From Stegostoma tigrinum (taxonomy: Eukaryota): DNA of 64,000 nucleotides. Location of the stretch: contig NC_081363.1 in NCBI RefSeq assembly GCF_030684315.1, forward strand, positions 39,974,200 through 40,038,199, given 5' to 3'. The notes under the pieces were generated by a model. That model was not told the origin of the DNA. It ran no database searches and saw nothing but the letters and a program-made list of their open reading frames with translations. Positions 1-14,000 of the stretch are shown in pieces (the first letter of the stretch is position 1; each line of letters opens with the position of its first letter). The position numbers and the translations under genes are program-made.

Positions 1-80
1 CCAGACCCAAAACATCAACTTGCCTGCTCCTATGATGCTGCCTGGCCTGCTGTGTTCATCCAGCTCCACACCTTGTTACC
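1..80 (+). mobile_element. PLE pLTR fragment (family A), cut by the window edge
   Basis: ...CCCAAAACATCA...GATGCTGCCTGGCCTGCTGTGTTCATCCAGCTCCACACCTTGTT. Confidence 0.75.
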
Positions 81-84
81 ATAA

Positions 85-1318
85 TAAGATTACTGCTGTT
101 ATCAGTTTCTGGCAGAATTGTTTTGGTGCAGCAGCTACTTGGCCCATCATATCTGTACCAGCTCTCTGAATAGTATTATAACTTAGTGCCATTCTCTCAC
201 ACTTTCCCCAGAACCCTTATAAATAATCATCAAATGCCTTGAATGTTTTGATTGAACCTGCTTCCACCACACTTCTAAGCAATGTGTTCCTGATGCAAAC
301 CACTCACTGTGTAAAAAGGTTTCTTCTCACATTACGTTTCCTACTTTTGCAAATTACTTTAAATTTGTTTCCTTTCATCCTTGATCTGTTTGAGTGGAAG
401 CAGTTTCTATCTATGTCCACCTTTCTTGATTTTGAAAAAAATTCCTCAAATCTCCTTTTGGTCTTCTCCTCTCCAAGAAAACAGTTATATCTTCTCTAAT
501 CCGTCTTCATAACTGAAGGTTATCTTTCCTATAAACATTCTTGTAAGCCTCTTCTGCATGCTGTCTAATGCATTCATTCACATCTTCCTAAAATATGGCA
601 ACCAGAACTGTACTCAATATTCCAGCTGTGGTCAAACTGGTACCTTATACAGCTTCAGCATAACTTCCCTGTTCTTATACTCAATGCCCCCTATTAACAA
701 ATCCTTTATGCTTTATTAATTATTCTCTCCATCAGTCCTGCCATCTTTAATAACACACAGACATCCACATCCAGACGGTTCTGCTGGCACACACATTTTA
801 GAATAGTAGTCTTCATTTTATACTGCCCCTCCATACTCCTCCTACCAAAATATATCATCCCACAATTTTCCACATTGAACTTCATTTGCACCAATCCAAC
901 TGCTTTATCAACTTGTTGATGTCCTTTTGAACTTGTACACCATCTTCCTCACAGTTTACAAAGCTTCTAAGTTTTGTTTCATCTGCAAACTTGGAAATTA
1001 TCCTTGTACTCCCAAGGTCTAAGTGATATAAATCAGGAAAAGCGAGGGTGCCATTGCTGAGCCATTGCCAAGCATTACCTTCCTCTAGGCTGAAAAAAAT
1101 CTATTAGCCATGACACTCTGTTTCCTTTCAATCAGCCATTTTTTAAAATCTATGTTGGTACTGGCCTCTTTTATTCCATAAGCTGCAATTTTTTCTTGTA
1201 AGTCTGATATGTTGTACTGTATTGAATGCCTTTTGAAACTCTATGCTGACCATATCAATAGCATCAACTCTGTTAACTCTTCAAAGAATTCTGGTAAGTT
1301 AGTTGAACAGGATTTTCC
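85..1318 (-). mobile_element. Old CR1 3' fragment
   Basis: QMKFNVENCGMIYFGRRS on the minus strand. Confidence 0.7.
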
Positions 1319-1320
1319 AT

Positions 1321-2075
1321 CACATCTGCCAATGTGGTATACTGCATCCACTGTACCCGGTGCGGCTTCCTCTACATTGGGGAAACCAAGCGGAGGCTTG
1401 GGGACCGCTTTGCAGAACACCTCCGCTCAGTTCGCAAAAAACAACTGCACCTCCCAGTCGCAAACCATTTCCACTCCCCCTCCCATTCTCTTGATGACAT
1501 GTCCATCATGGGCCTCCTGCACTGCCACAATGATGCCACCCGAAGGTTGCAGGAACAGCAACTCATATTCCGCCTGGGAACCCTGCAGCCACATGGTATC
1601 AATGTGGACTTCACCAGTTTCAAAATCTCCCCTTCCCCTACTGCATCCCTCAACCAGCCCAGTTCGTCCCCTCCCCCCACTGCACCACACAACCAGCCCA
1701 GCTCTTCCCCCCCACCCACTGCATCCCAAAACCAGTCCAACCGGTCTCTGCCTCCCTAACCGGTTCTTCCTCTCACCCATCCCTTCCTCCCACCCCAAGC
1801 CGCACCCCCCGCTACCTACTAACCTCATCCCACCTCCTTGACCTGTCCGTCTTCCCTGGACTGACCTATCCCCTCCCTACCTCCCCACCTACACTCTCTC
1901 CACCTATCTTCTTTACTCTCCATCTTCGGTCCGCCTCCCCCTCTCTCCCTATTTATTCCAGTTCCCTCCCCCCATCCCCCTCTCTGATGAAGGGTCTAGG
2001 CCCGAAACGTCAGCTTTTGTGCTCCTGAGATGCTGCTTGGCCTGCTGTGTTCATCCAGCCTCACATTTTATTATC
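1321..2075 (+). mobile_element. 5'-truncated Penelope-like retroelement (GIY-YIG endonuclease end, 3'UTR, pLTR with hammerhead)
   Basis: [31 protein letters not shown]...VANHF...[21 protein letters not shown]; C-rich 3'UTR; terminal repeat shared with many short copies. Confidence 0.9.
1982..2013 (+). ncRNA. Minimal type-I hammerhead ribozyme (family A), intact core
   Basis: CTGATGA-A-GGGTC ta GGCCC-GAAAC-GTC; palindromic ACGT stem III; stem I only about 2 bp. Confidence 0.7.
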
Positions 2076-3694
2076 AAGGGGTATTGTGGATTCAGCTTTG
2101 TATTCATTCATGCATTCATACACTGAGAAGTATTCAAGTTTGTATTCAGAAAGGTCCCAAATTGTTTTATACTTGTTCACTGTTCAGAATTATTTTCTTA
2201 TTAGTTCTACTGGGAAGTTAAACAGCAAAAATGTCATCCTTTGAAATTATTTTAATTATTGGATATATGTAGGAAAGTTTTCACCTTGAATTATAATATT
2301 CAGTATACTAAAATTCACATATTTTCCCTATCTCTGTTAACACTGACTTAAGATGGATTCTATCATCATTCAACGTGTCCTTATTCAACCTCCACACATT
2401 TACTTTTCAGGCAAAATGACTGCACATAATCTAGAATGGAAGCCTTGATTGACTTTTGTCCTCCTTAGCCCAGAACAAGGTGGTATCCCTACCACAGACC
2501 TATCTCAAACGTGCTAGCCTAGTATGACAAATAGATTGTGCGATCTTAAATTGTGCTACTCAGTTTCACATCAAACTTCACAGAAGTAAGTAATTAGGAA
2601 GACTCGTAGCAATGTTGTTGACTCTTAACTGCCCTCTGAACAATTAGAGATGGGCAATAAATGCTAGCCTTTGCCAGTGATGCCCACACCCCATGAATGA
2701 ATGAAAAAAGAGCAACTTTTTTTTTCTTTTCCTGGATGAAATTATAAAATTTTCAGAATATCCTGAAATTAGCATAGTCATACAGCATGGAAACACTCAA
2801 GTCTATGCCAACCATTTTCCCAAATTAAACTAGTCCCACCTGCCTACACTTGGCCCATATCCCTCCATATCTTTCCTGTTCACAAACTTATCTAATTGTC
2901 TTTTACATGTAATTGTACCTGCATCCACCAAGTTCTCTGGCAGTTCATTCACATATGAGCTACTCTCTCTGTAAAAAAAGTTGCTCCACATGTCCTTTTT
3001 AAATCATTCTCCTCTCACGTTAAAAATGTGCCCACTAGTTTTGAACTCCCCACCCTTGGGAAAAGACCATTGTCATTCACATTATCTATGTCCTTCATGA
3101 TTTTGTAAATCTCAATAAGGTCACCCTTCAACCTCCTGCACTCCAGTGAAAAAGTCCCAGTCTTGTCAGTCTATTCTTATACTAGAATACATTAACAAGG
3201 GAGAGGATTTAAATGAATTCAGCAGGAGGCTTGGGATCCAAAATGTCATATTAAAAAATAGAAAGATGATACGTGGAGGACTGAGAAAGAGACACATACA
3301 AAAGCTGAATTTCTCTAGGAAATGGGAGGTCAGACTTCTACCTCTCAATGAAAAAATTGCTGCCGACCAGTTTAATTGCCCAACAGCTTCAACAGTCCCA
3401 ATGGCATCAGAATTCAATATCACAGCTGGAACTGCAAGCATCTCTACAAAAATGATTTGCATCTGGATCCAGGTAAGTCCTGGGCTTTTATGGTGAGGAG
3501 GGATCCGGTATCGTACAGAGGGAGAACAGGATTTGGATTCTGGAGGCCAGGCAGTGTGGCACAAAGCGTAAGGGGTGAGGTGGCATCAGGGGTGTTGCAG
3601 GGAAGGTAAGATCTTAAGCCAGGCAAGGTCGTGCTCCTGACGAGCACAGGGTACCCCTCCCAAAAGTGTATCCCCTTCTTTCCATTCTTTTCCA

Positions 3695-4400
3695 CTTTTT
3701 TTTCAAGGACCAAGATGGTGATGGAGTAGGACATTTAAGCCAGAGCTCGTCCGCTCCATCTGTTCCTTTTCTGTTTTGTTTTTTTTTGCTCCTCCTCTTG
3801 GCCTCTCAGCCTCAGTGCAGACGACAAGCCATCCTCCCAGCGCGACAATGCATACTGCTGGCCCATCGTAGTGGTCTCTCAGCTCAGCGTGGCAGTCTCC
3901 CAGCAGATCAGCATGATGGTCTCTCAGTCCAGCATGGCCTGGGTTGGCATCATCTCAGTTGGCATGTGATCTCGCAGTGGCTGAGCATGGTAGTCTCTCA
4001 GTATGGCAAAATGGTCTTCTGGTGGTATGTGGTGTTCTCTCAGCCTAGCATAGTCTCAGCATGGACTTCTGGACTCTAGATGATTTGACAGCGATCTCCC
4101 AGCCTCTTGAACCCTGAAGTGAAGCCTGTTGCAGTCTGGAGTCAAGGTCCTGTGCGGATTAGAAGCTTGGTGCCAGCAAAAACTGAGTTGGAAGACTATT
4201 GTTTTGAACTTTTCTTTCTGCATTTTATAATTTATTCCTAAAATCTGCAATGCTTGACTTTTTACTTCTCTATTTTTTTTTCTAAGAACTGTAACTGATG
4301 AAGCTATACCTAGCGACCTTTGTACAACAGATAGCACTGTAAGTTGCAACTTGTGCACTTTTCACTGTACTCATTTGAATACATGTGACAATAAAGCTTA
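3695..4400 (+). mobile_element. Non-autonomous non-LTR element with internal degenerate ~21-bp tandem repeat
   Basis: CAAGATGG start, repeated TGGTCTCTCAG units 3870-4062, 3' end TACATGTGACAATAAAG. Confidence 0.45.
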
Positions 4401-6292
4401 TTCTGTTCAAAACATTCTAACTTGCCTTGCACCGTCCAGCATATTATGATATTGAAGACTGAGTTCTATAAGTGGGCAATAACTGACCACTTCAATGGTC
4501 CTAAGAGTGGGAGGACAGGACTCCAGAAATTTTACCTATCCCTCTGTATTTTGGGTTCCAGATTGGACAGGAGTGGCAAAGTGGTAGACTAGCCACTTGG
4601 CATTTTATGTGCTTCCCCTGGCCTGGCAGGGTCTGTAAAATCTAGTCCAGAATTAACAATAATACAGCATGAGGTTGGATCATTGAAAATTGAAAAGGAG
4701 GCTTCATGTTAAATTTGGAGTTTAATTATGTAAACAATTCAAATGTAATTAATAAGTTTGGGGGCTTAGACGGCTAATCGTACCAATGGCACGGGTTTAT
4801 TCCCAGCTGAGGTAGTTCATGAAGGCCTGCCTTCTTGCTTCTCCATTCTTAATAGTGCCGCTCAGACTAAGTACTAAATAACCACTCTGACGCTCTTTAA
4901 CAGAGAAAGATGACTCTTGTTCCTCATGTTGACTTTCAGGAGTAACCTTATTTTCATACCAATGATTACAATGAGATTGCTAATCACAACTGTTTTGCAA
5001 ATCTTAATGACTATTTATTTATTTTCAAATGAGAACAATAAACACACATGATTGTTTAACTCTACATTTATTCACATTCTTACACTGCAAAGTACTCAAG
5101 TTGGTATTCACAATTTAATGACAATTTTGTTGATCAGCATGTATTCTGCCCAGCAAGAAAGGAGGCATTGCTGAATATCTGTGGAATTAGGTTGATCAAG
5201 TGGAGAATATCATAGTTGGAAAGTGTATCAAAAAATGATAATCATTTCATAAGGTTTAGATTCATTATGGAGAAAAGCAAGAAGAAACCTGGAACACTAA
5301 TGCTGAACTGGTGGATGGCTAATTTCAAAAAGGTGAAGATCTCTTCCTGGCACATTAAGTTGCAATCTATATTGGCAAGTAAAATAAAATGGAGTAAATC
5401 AGCAACCTTTAAAGACTATAGATACAGTATACATACATTTCCACAAGGGGGAAAGGGAGAGCAGTCCAACACCAGAGCTTTGGAGATAGTGAATTAGTAA
5501 GGAAGATGCATAGGAGTGATGTCACCATTAGACTAAAAGGAAGCATGAGGGCGAATACAAAATGTTTATGGATGAGTGAAAAAAAAAGTAGGAGCAGTGA
5601 GGTTACAGCACCATTGGGAGCTAACATAAAAATGAATTCAAACTTTTCCATTAGCACTGATAGGGAGGGGAGCATTTGAAGGGGATAGGAGGGTGGTTAT
5701 GTCTCTGAACAAGAGATCCAGAATCTCAGACAAATGTTCTGGTGAAATGGATTTGAATTCCACATGGGAGATGATAACATTTAAATTTAATAAAAAATCT
5801 GGGATGAAACACCAGCCTAATTTTGGCCATGTAACTACTGCCAAATCGTGAAAATACCTACTTGATTTACTAATAACCTTTACCAAAGGAAATTTACCTA
5901 GTCTGGCCTACATGTGACTCCAGGCCAACAGCAATATGATTGGCTATTGACAGTTGGGGCTGGGCAGTGCTGGCCTAGTCAGTGACAATCACACTCCATG
6001 AACTAATGAGATGAAAATTAACTGATAAAAAGATTGTCAGAGGAGTGGTGGGGTCAATTAGGGACCGAATATTACAGTCTATTGGTCATAAGGCATTCCT
6101 GAGGTAGTAAATAAATACTTACTTACAAAGTAAATGAGATATTGCAAAATCTATGGTAAATGTAAGTGTTATTGGGACACTGGTTTAGATAAAATTAGAA
6201 AAACAGGATGTCTGTATTAAAGCATATGTGCAACCCAATCCAGAAGGAATCATCCAAGGTTGCTGAATGAAGTAAGGGTAGAAATTACAAAC

Positions 6293-6465
6293 TAATCTAC
6301 ACATTCCTGAACACTATAGGCAATTTAGTATGGCCAATCCACCTAGCCTACACATCTTTGGGCTGTGGGACAAAACTGGAGCACCCAGAGGAAACCTATG
6401 CAGACATGGGGAGAACATTCAAATTCCACTCAGATAGTCGCCTGGGGGTGGAATCAAACCCAGTG
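6293..6465 (-). mobile_element. Partial HE1-like V-SINE
   Basis: V-domain reverse complement. Confidence 0.7.
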
Positions 6466-6474
6466 CCTTTCAGG

Positions 6475-8580
6475 ATCCTAGGATGCAAGCCATCAGGGCG
6501 AGGGAAATTATTTGCTTTTTGGCCAATTAGTTCACTACTTCTTTAGCGATGGTGATGGTACTTAATTCCTCCCCAAACTCTTTAACATTGATGGAATTTT
6601 TTTTATATGTCCTCCACCATAAAGACTGATTTATAATATGTTTAGCCATTTCCTTGATCCCCAAAACTGTATCCCCAAGTCATTTTCTAAGGGCCTATGT
6701 CCATTTTAACCTCTCCCTTTTTGGATGTTTAAAAAAATACTCTTATTGTCAGTTTTATTTTCCTCACCAGTTTGCCTTATAGTCTATTTATGATGTTTTC
6801 ATTATCTTTTTAGTCTTCCTTTTCTGGATTCTTAATTTATCCCAGTCTTCACAGTTATCACAGATTTTGACCTCCTTTTTCGTTTTCTTTCAACTAAATA
6901 CTTTCCTTCTTTGGTTAGCGACGCTTGGTTTCTCTTTCTCCGGGAGTCTTTCCTCCATTCTGGGATGTATCTTCTTTCAGAGAGTTACAAATTGCTTTCA
7001 TAAATGTCAGCTGTAGTTTGCTGATTGTCATTCCCACTAATTTATCTGACCAGTTCATTTTAGCTGTCATTCCCCGTTTCATTGTGATTCCCTTTATTTA
7101 AACACAGTTGTTTCCAACCTAAGTTTCTCACTCTCGGCCGAACATTAAATTCTATCATGTTATGATTACTACTTTCTAGGGTACATTTTACTCAGACGTC
7201 ATTTATTGAAACTGCCTCATTATTCATTACCAGCTCCAAGATAGCCTGCTCCCTGGTTGGGTCCATGACATTTTGCTCTAGGAACCAATACTAATGCACT
7301 GTATCAATTTATTGTCATACCTATCCTTTCCAATTTGATTATACCAATTAGAAGATTAAAGTCACCCAAAATTATTGCTCTATTCTTTTTATATTCTCTT
7401 ATTGTTTGTTGACTTACAGCCTTTCCCAGAGTGACTACTGTTTGGGGGGAGTCCGTATACTATTCCTACCAATGACTACTCTTCCTTGCTGTTTTTTAAC
7501 CTCCACCCAAATGGACTCATCATCCGAGACTAGATCTTCTCTCACAACTGTCTTCATTGTGTTTAGTATTAACAGTGCTAACCTACCACATTTTCCATTC
7601 CTCCTGTCTCTCTGAAAAGTCAAATATCCCTGAATATTAAGTTCCCAGTTTTGATCTCCTTGTAACCATGTTTCTGTAATGGCTATGACCAATCATATTC
7701 ACTTACCTCAATGTGCATCTTCAATTCATCTAACTTATTCCAAATCCTTCACACATTAAGATTCAAAGCCTTTAATTTTATTCTATTATTGAGTTTGCCT
7801 ACAATTTTATGGTACCTTAGCACTTTATGATATTCACAAATTCTATCCCTTCCTTTTAATTACTGGTAACAAGCAAACTCATCAACAATCTACAATCCTA
7901 TCATCTCCTTTATCTTTGATTTTACAATTTTCCATGCAACAGAATCCACTATTTAAAGTCCTATCTAGAGCTCTGGTTACATGATTCACCAGGACTTTAA
8001 TCTCAGCATGATTCAGGTGGAGCCCATTCCATCAGAAATGTTTGGTCCTTCCCAAGTACTGGTGTCAATGCCCATGAATTCAAACTCATTTCTCCAACAT
8101 CTATCTTTGAGCCATGCATTGATCTCTTGAAACTTGTTGACCCAGTGCCAATTAGCTCATGTTCAGTAGCGATCCAGAGGCTTTCATCTCTGCTTTCTAA
8201 TTTAGCACTTAGCTGCTCATAGTCCCTCAGCAGAACCTCTTTTCTCTTTCTACCTATATCAATTCTGCCCACATATCCATGACAACTGGATCTTTCGTCT
8301 CCCACACCAACATCTCCTGCAGCCCAGAAGCAATATGCTGAATCCAGGCATCACGCAGGCAAATCTTCTCTTTTCTCCCCACTCTTAAATGGTTCCTTGT
8401 GCCATGGTGCCACAGTCAAGTTTGCTATCCACATCTACAGCCCTTGATCTCATCCACACAAACAAATCTCAAACCTGTTAGACAAGCTCAAGGGCTAAGG
8501 TTTCTTCAGCACTACCTCCTGAATCCCTCTATCTGCCTTGTTCAGTCACGCCATCCTGTCCCTGACCACTGAAAAAATTG
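6475..8580 (-). mobile_element. Old CR1 fragment (APE/ORF1 region)
   Basis: VIAITETWLQGDQNWELNIQGYLTFQRDR on the minus strand. Confidence 0.75.
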
Positions 8581-8588
8581 GATATAGT

Positions 8589-8695
8589 CAGAAGTCACAC
8601 AACGCCAGGTTATAGTTCGACAGGTTTATTTAAAATCACAAGCTTTTGAAGCACTGCTCCTTCATCAGGTGGACTTTGACCACTCCAGTCTCTAC
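8589..8695 (-). mobile_element. Family-D hammerhead-bearing mini-element
   Basis: Minus strand CTGATGA-A-GGAGC agt GCTTC-(A)AAAGCTT; TSD AAATTGGA(T/C)ATAGT at 8575-8588 and 8696-8709. Confidence 0.7.
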
Positions 8696-9719
8696 AAATT
8701 GGACATAGTTAATCTATGGAGTGTGACTGCCTCCTGAAACACCAGGTAACTCTCCTCACCCTGACATGTTCCAGTGTTTTTTTAAGTTCAGGCTCCAATT
8801 CATCAACTCTGAGCCAGAATGGGGTCCACCAGCTCCCACATCACGCCCTCCATCTCTGTTTTATTTACATAGATCTTAATTTGTTTTTTTTAAGTCCTAC
8901 TGGTCTTTCAATTTGCAATCTGTAAATATTTGTATCTACCTACAATCTGAAAGCAACATATAATATTCAGTCAAATTAGCTGCAATTGAACTTACGGTTT
9001 TAAAGAGAACAACAATGAAAATTGCAGCACAGGAACCGTTCCTTCAGCCCCCCAAGCCTGCGTCAATAATGTGCCCGTGACGTCAATTTTTACTTTGTGC
9101 TGTGCCCCCGATACTGACGTTCAACTTATCCTGTTAAAAAGACCCTACAAGCTATGAACTAAAAAAGCAAGCAAAAAGCACCCCATGCCCTCTGCACCAA
9201 ATTCCCACACTGCCTCCAAAGTTCCCAAGCTATATTCTGACTCAGGCTTTGTCTCAGTCCAGACATAATCTCTCCTTCCTGACCATGCAAAGCCTACTGA
9301 TGGTGCACTTTTAATAGGACCTCTCTTAAATAGAAGTGAGGTAAGTTGAGATGGTCACCCTGCATTTTACCAATTGGGAGGGCTGCCCATGTTCCTGCCT
9401 CCTGGGAACAGAATTAATCTCAGCAGTGGAATGTACAGGCCCATACACAGTCATTAATTGACTTAAGGATGTCAATTGGTGGTGCGGCAAAGAGACCTTA
9501 AGCTAGTGCTGACAGAAATATTGTGGGCACCTCCCTAAAGCAAAGCCAAGTAATTTACTTCGTCTCCCATCACATCCTCTGCCACTTCTCAGATGGGAAG
9601 ATTCCATACCATTTCTATATTTTTGAAACTTGTTGAAAGATTAAGTGATTTTAAAAAAGTGTGTTGGAAGGCCGGAAGCCATACATTGAAGCAAATCTAA
9701 TAAACATCCATTTTCAAGG

Positions 9720-9886
9720 GTATCAGAGATAATAGGAACTGCAGACGCTAGACAATCCAAGATAACAAGGTGTAGAGCTGGATGAAACAGCATTGTGTTC
9801 ATCAAGGGTCTAGGCCCAAAACGTCAGCCTTCTTACTCCTATGATGCTGCGTGGCCTGCTGTGTTCATCCAGCTCTACAGCTTGTT
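9720..9886. mobile_element. Palindromic PLE mini-element (family A)
   Basis: Inverted arms; TSD ATCCATTT(T/C)CAAGG at 9706-9719 and 9887-9900. Confidence 0.8.
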
Positions 9887-11001
9887 ATCCATTTCCAAGG
9901 CTTGTCTTCTGCAATGAGTCTTATTTTCACCTTCAGCCTATGGCACAAACTCTGCTCTGACTAGTTCTCATAAAGAGTCAAAATGAACATCAATTCTTCT
10001 CTTTTTGGAGATACTGTCTGCCTTGCTGAGTATTTCTTTCTGTCTTTGCTGCCACAATGCAACATTGTCACCAGTTACATGGACAGTCTCAGGCTGAAAA
10101 TCTCATTGTCCTTGTAGATCTGAATTAGGTTTGAGTCATAACCTCTCAATCACAAATACTTCCACAGAAAAATATCAGTCATTTCTGCCACCTTAAGATA
10201 TCTACCAATAAAACCCTTTTGCATGTTTCAAAATCAAAAAATCCCTCCAGTGTGGAAACAGGCCATTCAGCCGAAGTCCACATTAACTCTCTCATTTCAA
10301 ATTAAAATATTCCAATGTTAAGTTCCATCCTCCAGTTTTCAGGAATGACAACACATCCATAATTGATACAATAGGTATGCTGCGCCATATCCCACTTTCC
10401 AAAACCCCATTTTCATTGATATCATTAGCTCCTGAAGATTCCACTGTCTCACATTTTCACTGAAGCATAAGCAATTTGTTCTTTGGTATCTGTTCATTTG
10501 ATAATTCAGTTGCTAAACTACATAACATTTATAGAAAAGGACATATGGGCAGCTTCATACAGAGACCAATGAATGTGGAAATTGCAATGTCTTTTGAGGA
10601 GTATTGTCAATGTTTTTCAAAGTCATTGCACAGGCTTACTTTGAAATTTGTTTTAATACCTGTTATATTGACCTTCAGAAAACCTCTTTTTTTATGGGAT
10701 CTGAGCATTGCTGGCAAGGCCAGCATTTGCTGTCCAGCCCTAAAAACCCTACAGATCAGTAGTTTGTAAGCCATTCCAGAGGGCAATTAAGAGTCAACCG
10801 TATTGCTGTGGGTCAGGAGTCTCATGCACACAGGCCAGAGGACAGACGCATAGTTGATTTTCCTGTTGTGAACCTGATGGGCATTTACAACAATGTGGCA
10901 CCATTTCAGACACTAACTTTTAATTCTACATTTATTGATTGAATTTGAATTCCACCATCTACTGTGGTGTGATTTGATTCCCAGAATCCATGGTCCCAGA
11001 A

Positions 11002-11090
11002 CAGTGCTGAGGAAGGGTCACTGAACCCTTCTTATTTCTCTCTGCTGATGCTGCCAGATCTGCTGAGCTTTCCCAGCAATTTCTCCTTTT
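11002..11090 (+). mobile_element. Family-C fragment inside a SINE (older copies at ~9965-10040, 14790-14910, 22225-22395, 35765-35880, 57115-57200)
   Basis: CTGAGGAAGGGTCACTG...GATGCTGCCAGATCTGCTGAGCTTT; 9-bp TSD GTCCCAGAA. Confidence 0.65.
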
Positions 11091-14000
11091 GTCCCAGAAT
11101 ACTAGCCTAGGACTCTGGATTACTAGTCAAGTGACAACACTACCACTACACCACTATTTCCCTGTCAGAATTCGAGGCAACATCTGTTGTTTCAAAGTGC
11201 ATCCTCTTATTACCGTCATCAAGTATCCTCTTTACTTTCCAAAATGCAACAGACAGAGCAGCAAGAAATACTATGATTAAATTTGTATTTAAAGTCATTT
11301 ATTTTCAACAAGTGCTTTTAGAAGATGCAAACAGTTAATGACTGCCAGATCTTACTGAGGCACCATTCATGTCAAAGTACACTTATTAATTACTGCATTG
11401 GTATTCTAATCACAGCATAACAATTCCCTTTAAGAAAACTATAGTTGTCAATAGACAATGGTTAGAACCATAGAAATAGAAATGATACAGCACAGAAGAT
11501 GACCACTTTTTTAGCTTTAGAGCATTTACAGCTTTTGCTGTAACAGCATATATAATGCACCAAATGTTTCAAAGCATGGAAAAAATCTTTTAGAGCTCTG
11601 TGGGTTATGGTGAATGTTTGGCATAAGTGGGCAACAAATGTGGTGACATCGATCTCAATATCATAATTAAATTGCTGAACCTTCTATGTTTTTCACAAAT
11701 GCATGGCAAGATTCACTAGACAGCCATGAGATGTCAGTTGACAGTCATTAATGCTTGTTAAACACCTTCTTAAAGCCAGTAATCACCTTACTGCCTACCA
11801 AATTTACCAAACAAGCTGGACATGGGAAAAAAATCGCAACAAGGAAACCAGAACATGTACCTGGCAGATTCAGCTAGCTGAAGTTACCTTCATGTTGGAC
11901 ACCTGGCAATAACATCTTGAAACAATCTACCAACACCAGCCAACCACATTCCCCCTCTATGGGAACTGGCGTCAGGAAGTAGCCAACCCAATGTAATGTT
12001 CCTAGCACTTCTACTCTGCACTGGCAGTGCACTCTGAAAGCACAGACTTGCATTGCAAGACAAACCAGTAAGGAGCACTGAAATGCTTCAGTGGGGACAC
12101 TTTGTGCACAGGGAAGCAACCAACTCTCAAACTGGATTATACTGCATCTTAGGAATGCTCTTTGCCCTCGCACTTGGTCACAGTGCCTACCTGCATTTTC
12201 ATAGCATTCGTGCCTTGCCTTTCCAATTATTACTCTTACCCAACCAAGTAGCTTACTTTGCATCTAAGCAGTCCTCAGCCTAGGGGGTGCATATCTTGCT
12301 GTACATCAGTATGCTAATCAATCTCACACCTGGTCCATACCAACAGGATACACAGCAAAACAGTGGATCTGCGGCAAAACAGGCAGCCACATATTCTAAG
12401 GAGATCAGTCCTCACTGAAGTCCATGCAAGCAACAGTCAGTCAGAGGGTTACAGTGCAGTAAATCAAGTGCAGCTTCCCATACTGCAGAAAGGCATTAGT
12501 TACAGTCAAGCATCCGTTTGTGTATTGCGGGGATGGGGGCTCTTAGGCAGGTTGCTCTTGGCTTTGGGAATAGGCCTAATGCTGTCATGTCTAGTTACTC
12601 ACTGAATATGGGCATCGTTGTCTGGACCAGCGTTTATTGTCTGTATGTGGCTGCTTCTCAGAAAATGGTGCTGAGCTGCCTCCTAGAACCGTAGCTGGCC
12701 ACTTGCTGTAGGTAAACCCACAATGCCATTAGCAAGGGGATTCCAGGATTTTGATACAACAAAACTGAAGGAATAGCGATATATTTCCAAGTCAGCATGT
12801 TAATGGCTTGGAGCATGCAGGTGGTGGTGTTCCCATGTAGCTATCAGACCATAATAAATAGGAACAGGATAGGCCATTTGGCCCCACAAGCTTGCTCAAC
12901 CATTCAATAAGATCATGGCTCATGTCCACTTTCCTGCCCTTTCTGTATAACCCACAATTCCCCTACTGACCAAGAATCTAAGACTTAAATATACACAAGG
13001 ACTCTGCCCCTCAGCTCTGGGTGGCAAAGAGCTCCAAAGACTCTCAACCATCTGAGAAGGAATTCCTCCTCATCTCAGACTTAAAATAATCCCTTTTTAT
13101 TTTGACATGAAGCCCTGTGGTCCTAGAGTCTCCCATGAGGGGAAACTTCCTCTCAGCATTTACTCTGTCAAGACCCTTAAGAACCCTATAAGTTTAAATG
13201 AAATAAACCCTCATTCTTGTAAATTCCAGTAAATACAGTCACAACCTGTTTACTGATAAGACAACCCCTCCAAAAATATCTACTGCCCTTATCCTTCAAC
13301 ATGGTAGTGGTCTTGGGTTTGAAAGTACCCTGGTGAATTTCTGCACTGCATCTTGTTGATAGTACATATGATTACTGTTGAGCATTAGGGAGTAGAATGT
13401 TTGTGGATGTGATGCTGATCAAGCAGGCGGCTTTGTTCAAGCTTCTTGAATGTTTCTGGTGCTGGACTCATCTAGACAAGTGGACAATATCCATCAAGTT
13501 CCAGACTTGTGCTTTGTGCATGGTGGATAGACTTGGAAGTCAGCAACTGTGTTACGATATAAGCATACATAGTAACTTCAGCATCCCCAAGGTGCAGGTT
13601 AGTCCAGCATGAGGGGTAGGTGCTTGTCCCTGCCTATTTAATATGTACCAGTTATTTCCCTGGGCATATCTGATCACGTATCTTGAGAGATGAGGCGGCA
13701 GTCAGTCTGTCGGGTTCAAACCCCAGACACAAAAGGTAGATCAATGCTTTTGAAACATTTTCTGATAAGCCCATTTTGTAACTTGATAAGGGTATTGAAA
13801 CACCAAGAGTGGAGGGAGAGATGAGTCGGCAAATTTAGTTAAAATAATGGAAAATCATTCAGTTTTCTCATTTTCACCTGTTTTCATTTTTTCTATTCTG
13901 CCATTGACAGTAGTCATTTACCGACAGTCTATCTTTATCCTGGCTTATCTTTTAACACAGTAATTGCACTAAGCAATTTACAATCTTTGTTCCTTTCAGC

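Noticed and set aside
1209-1841. 210-aa ORF and overlapping antisense ORFs as novel genes
   Set aside because: Alternative frames of the Penelope-like element
3870-4062. CRISPR-like repeat array
   Set aside because: Degenerate minisatellite without unique spacers, in eukaryotic context, no cas genes
4295-4320. CTGATGA hammerhead candidate
   Set aside because: No GAAA-N-UH after the potential stem II
3302-4650. MITE with terminal inverted repeats flanking the 3695-4400 element
   Set aside because: Putative TIRs too degenerate and no TSD visible
11870-12290. Harbinger transposase remnant (GWLL.D...WL on the minus strand); similar hint near 33.1 kb
   Set aside because: Match too short and degenerate to support without an HMM search
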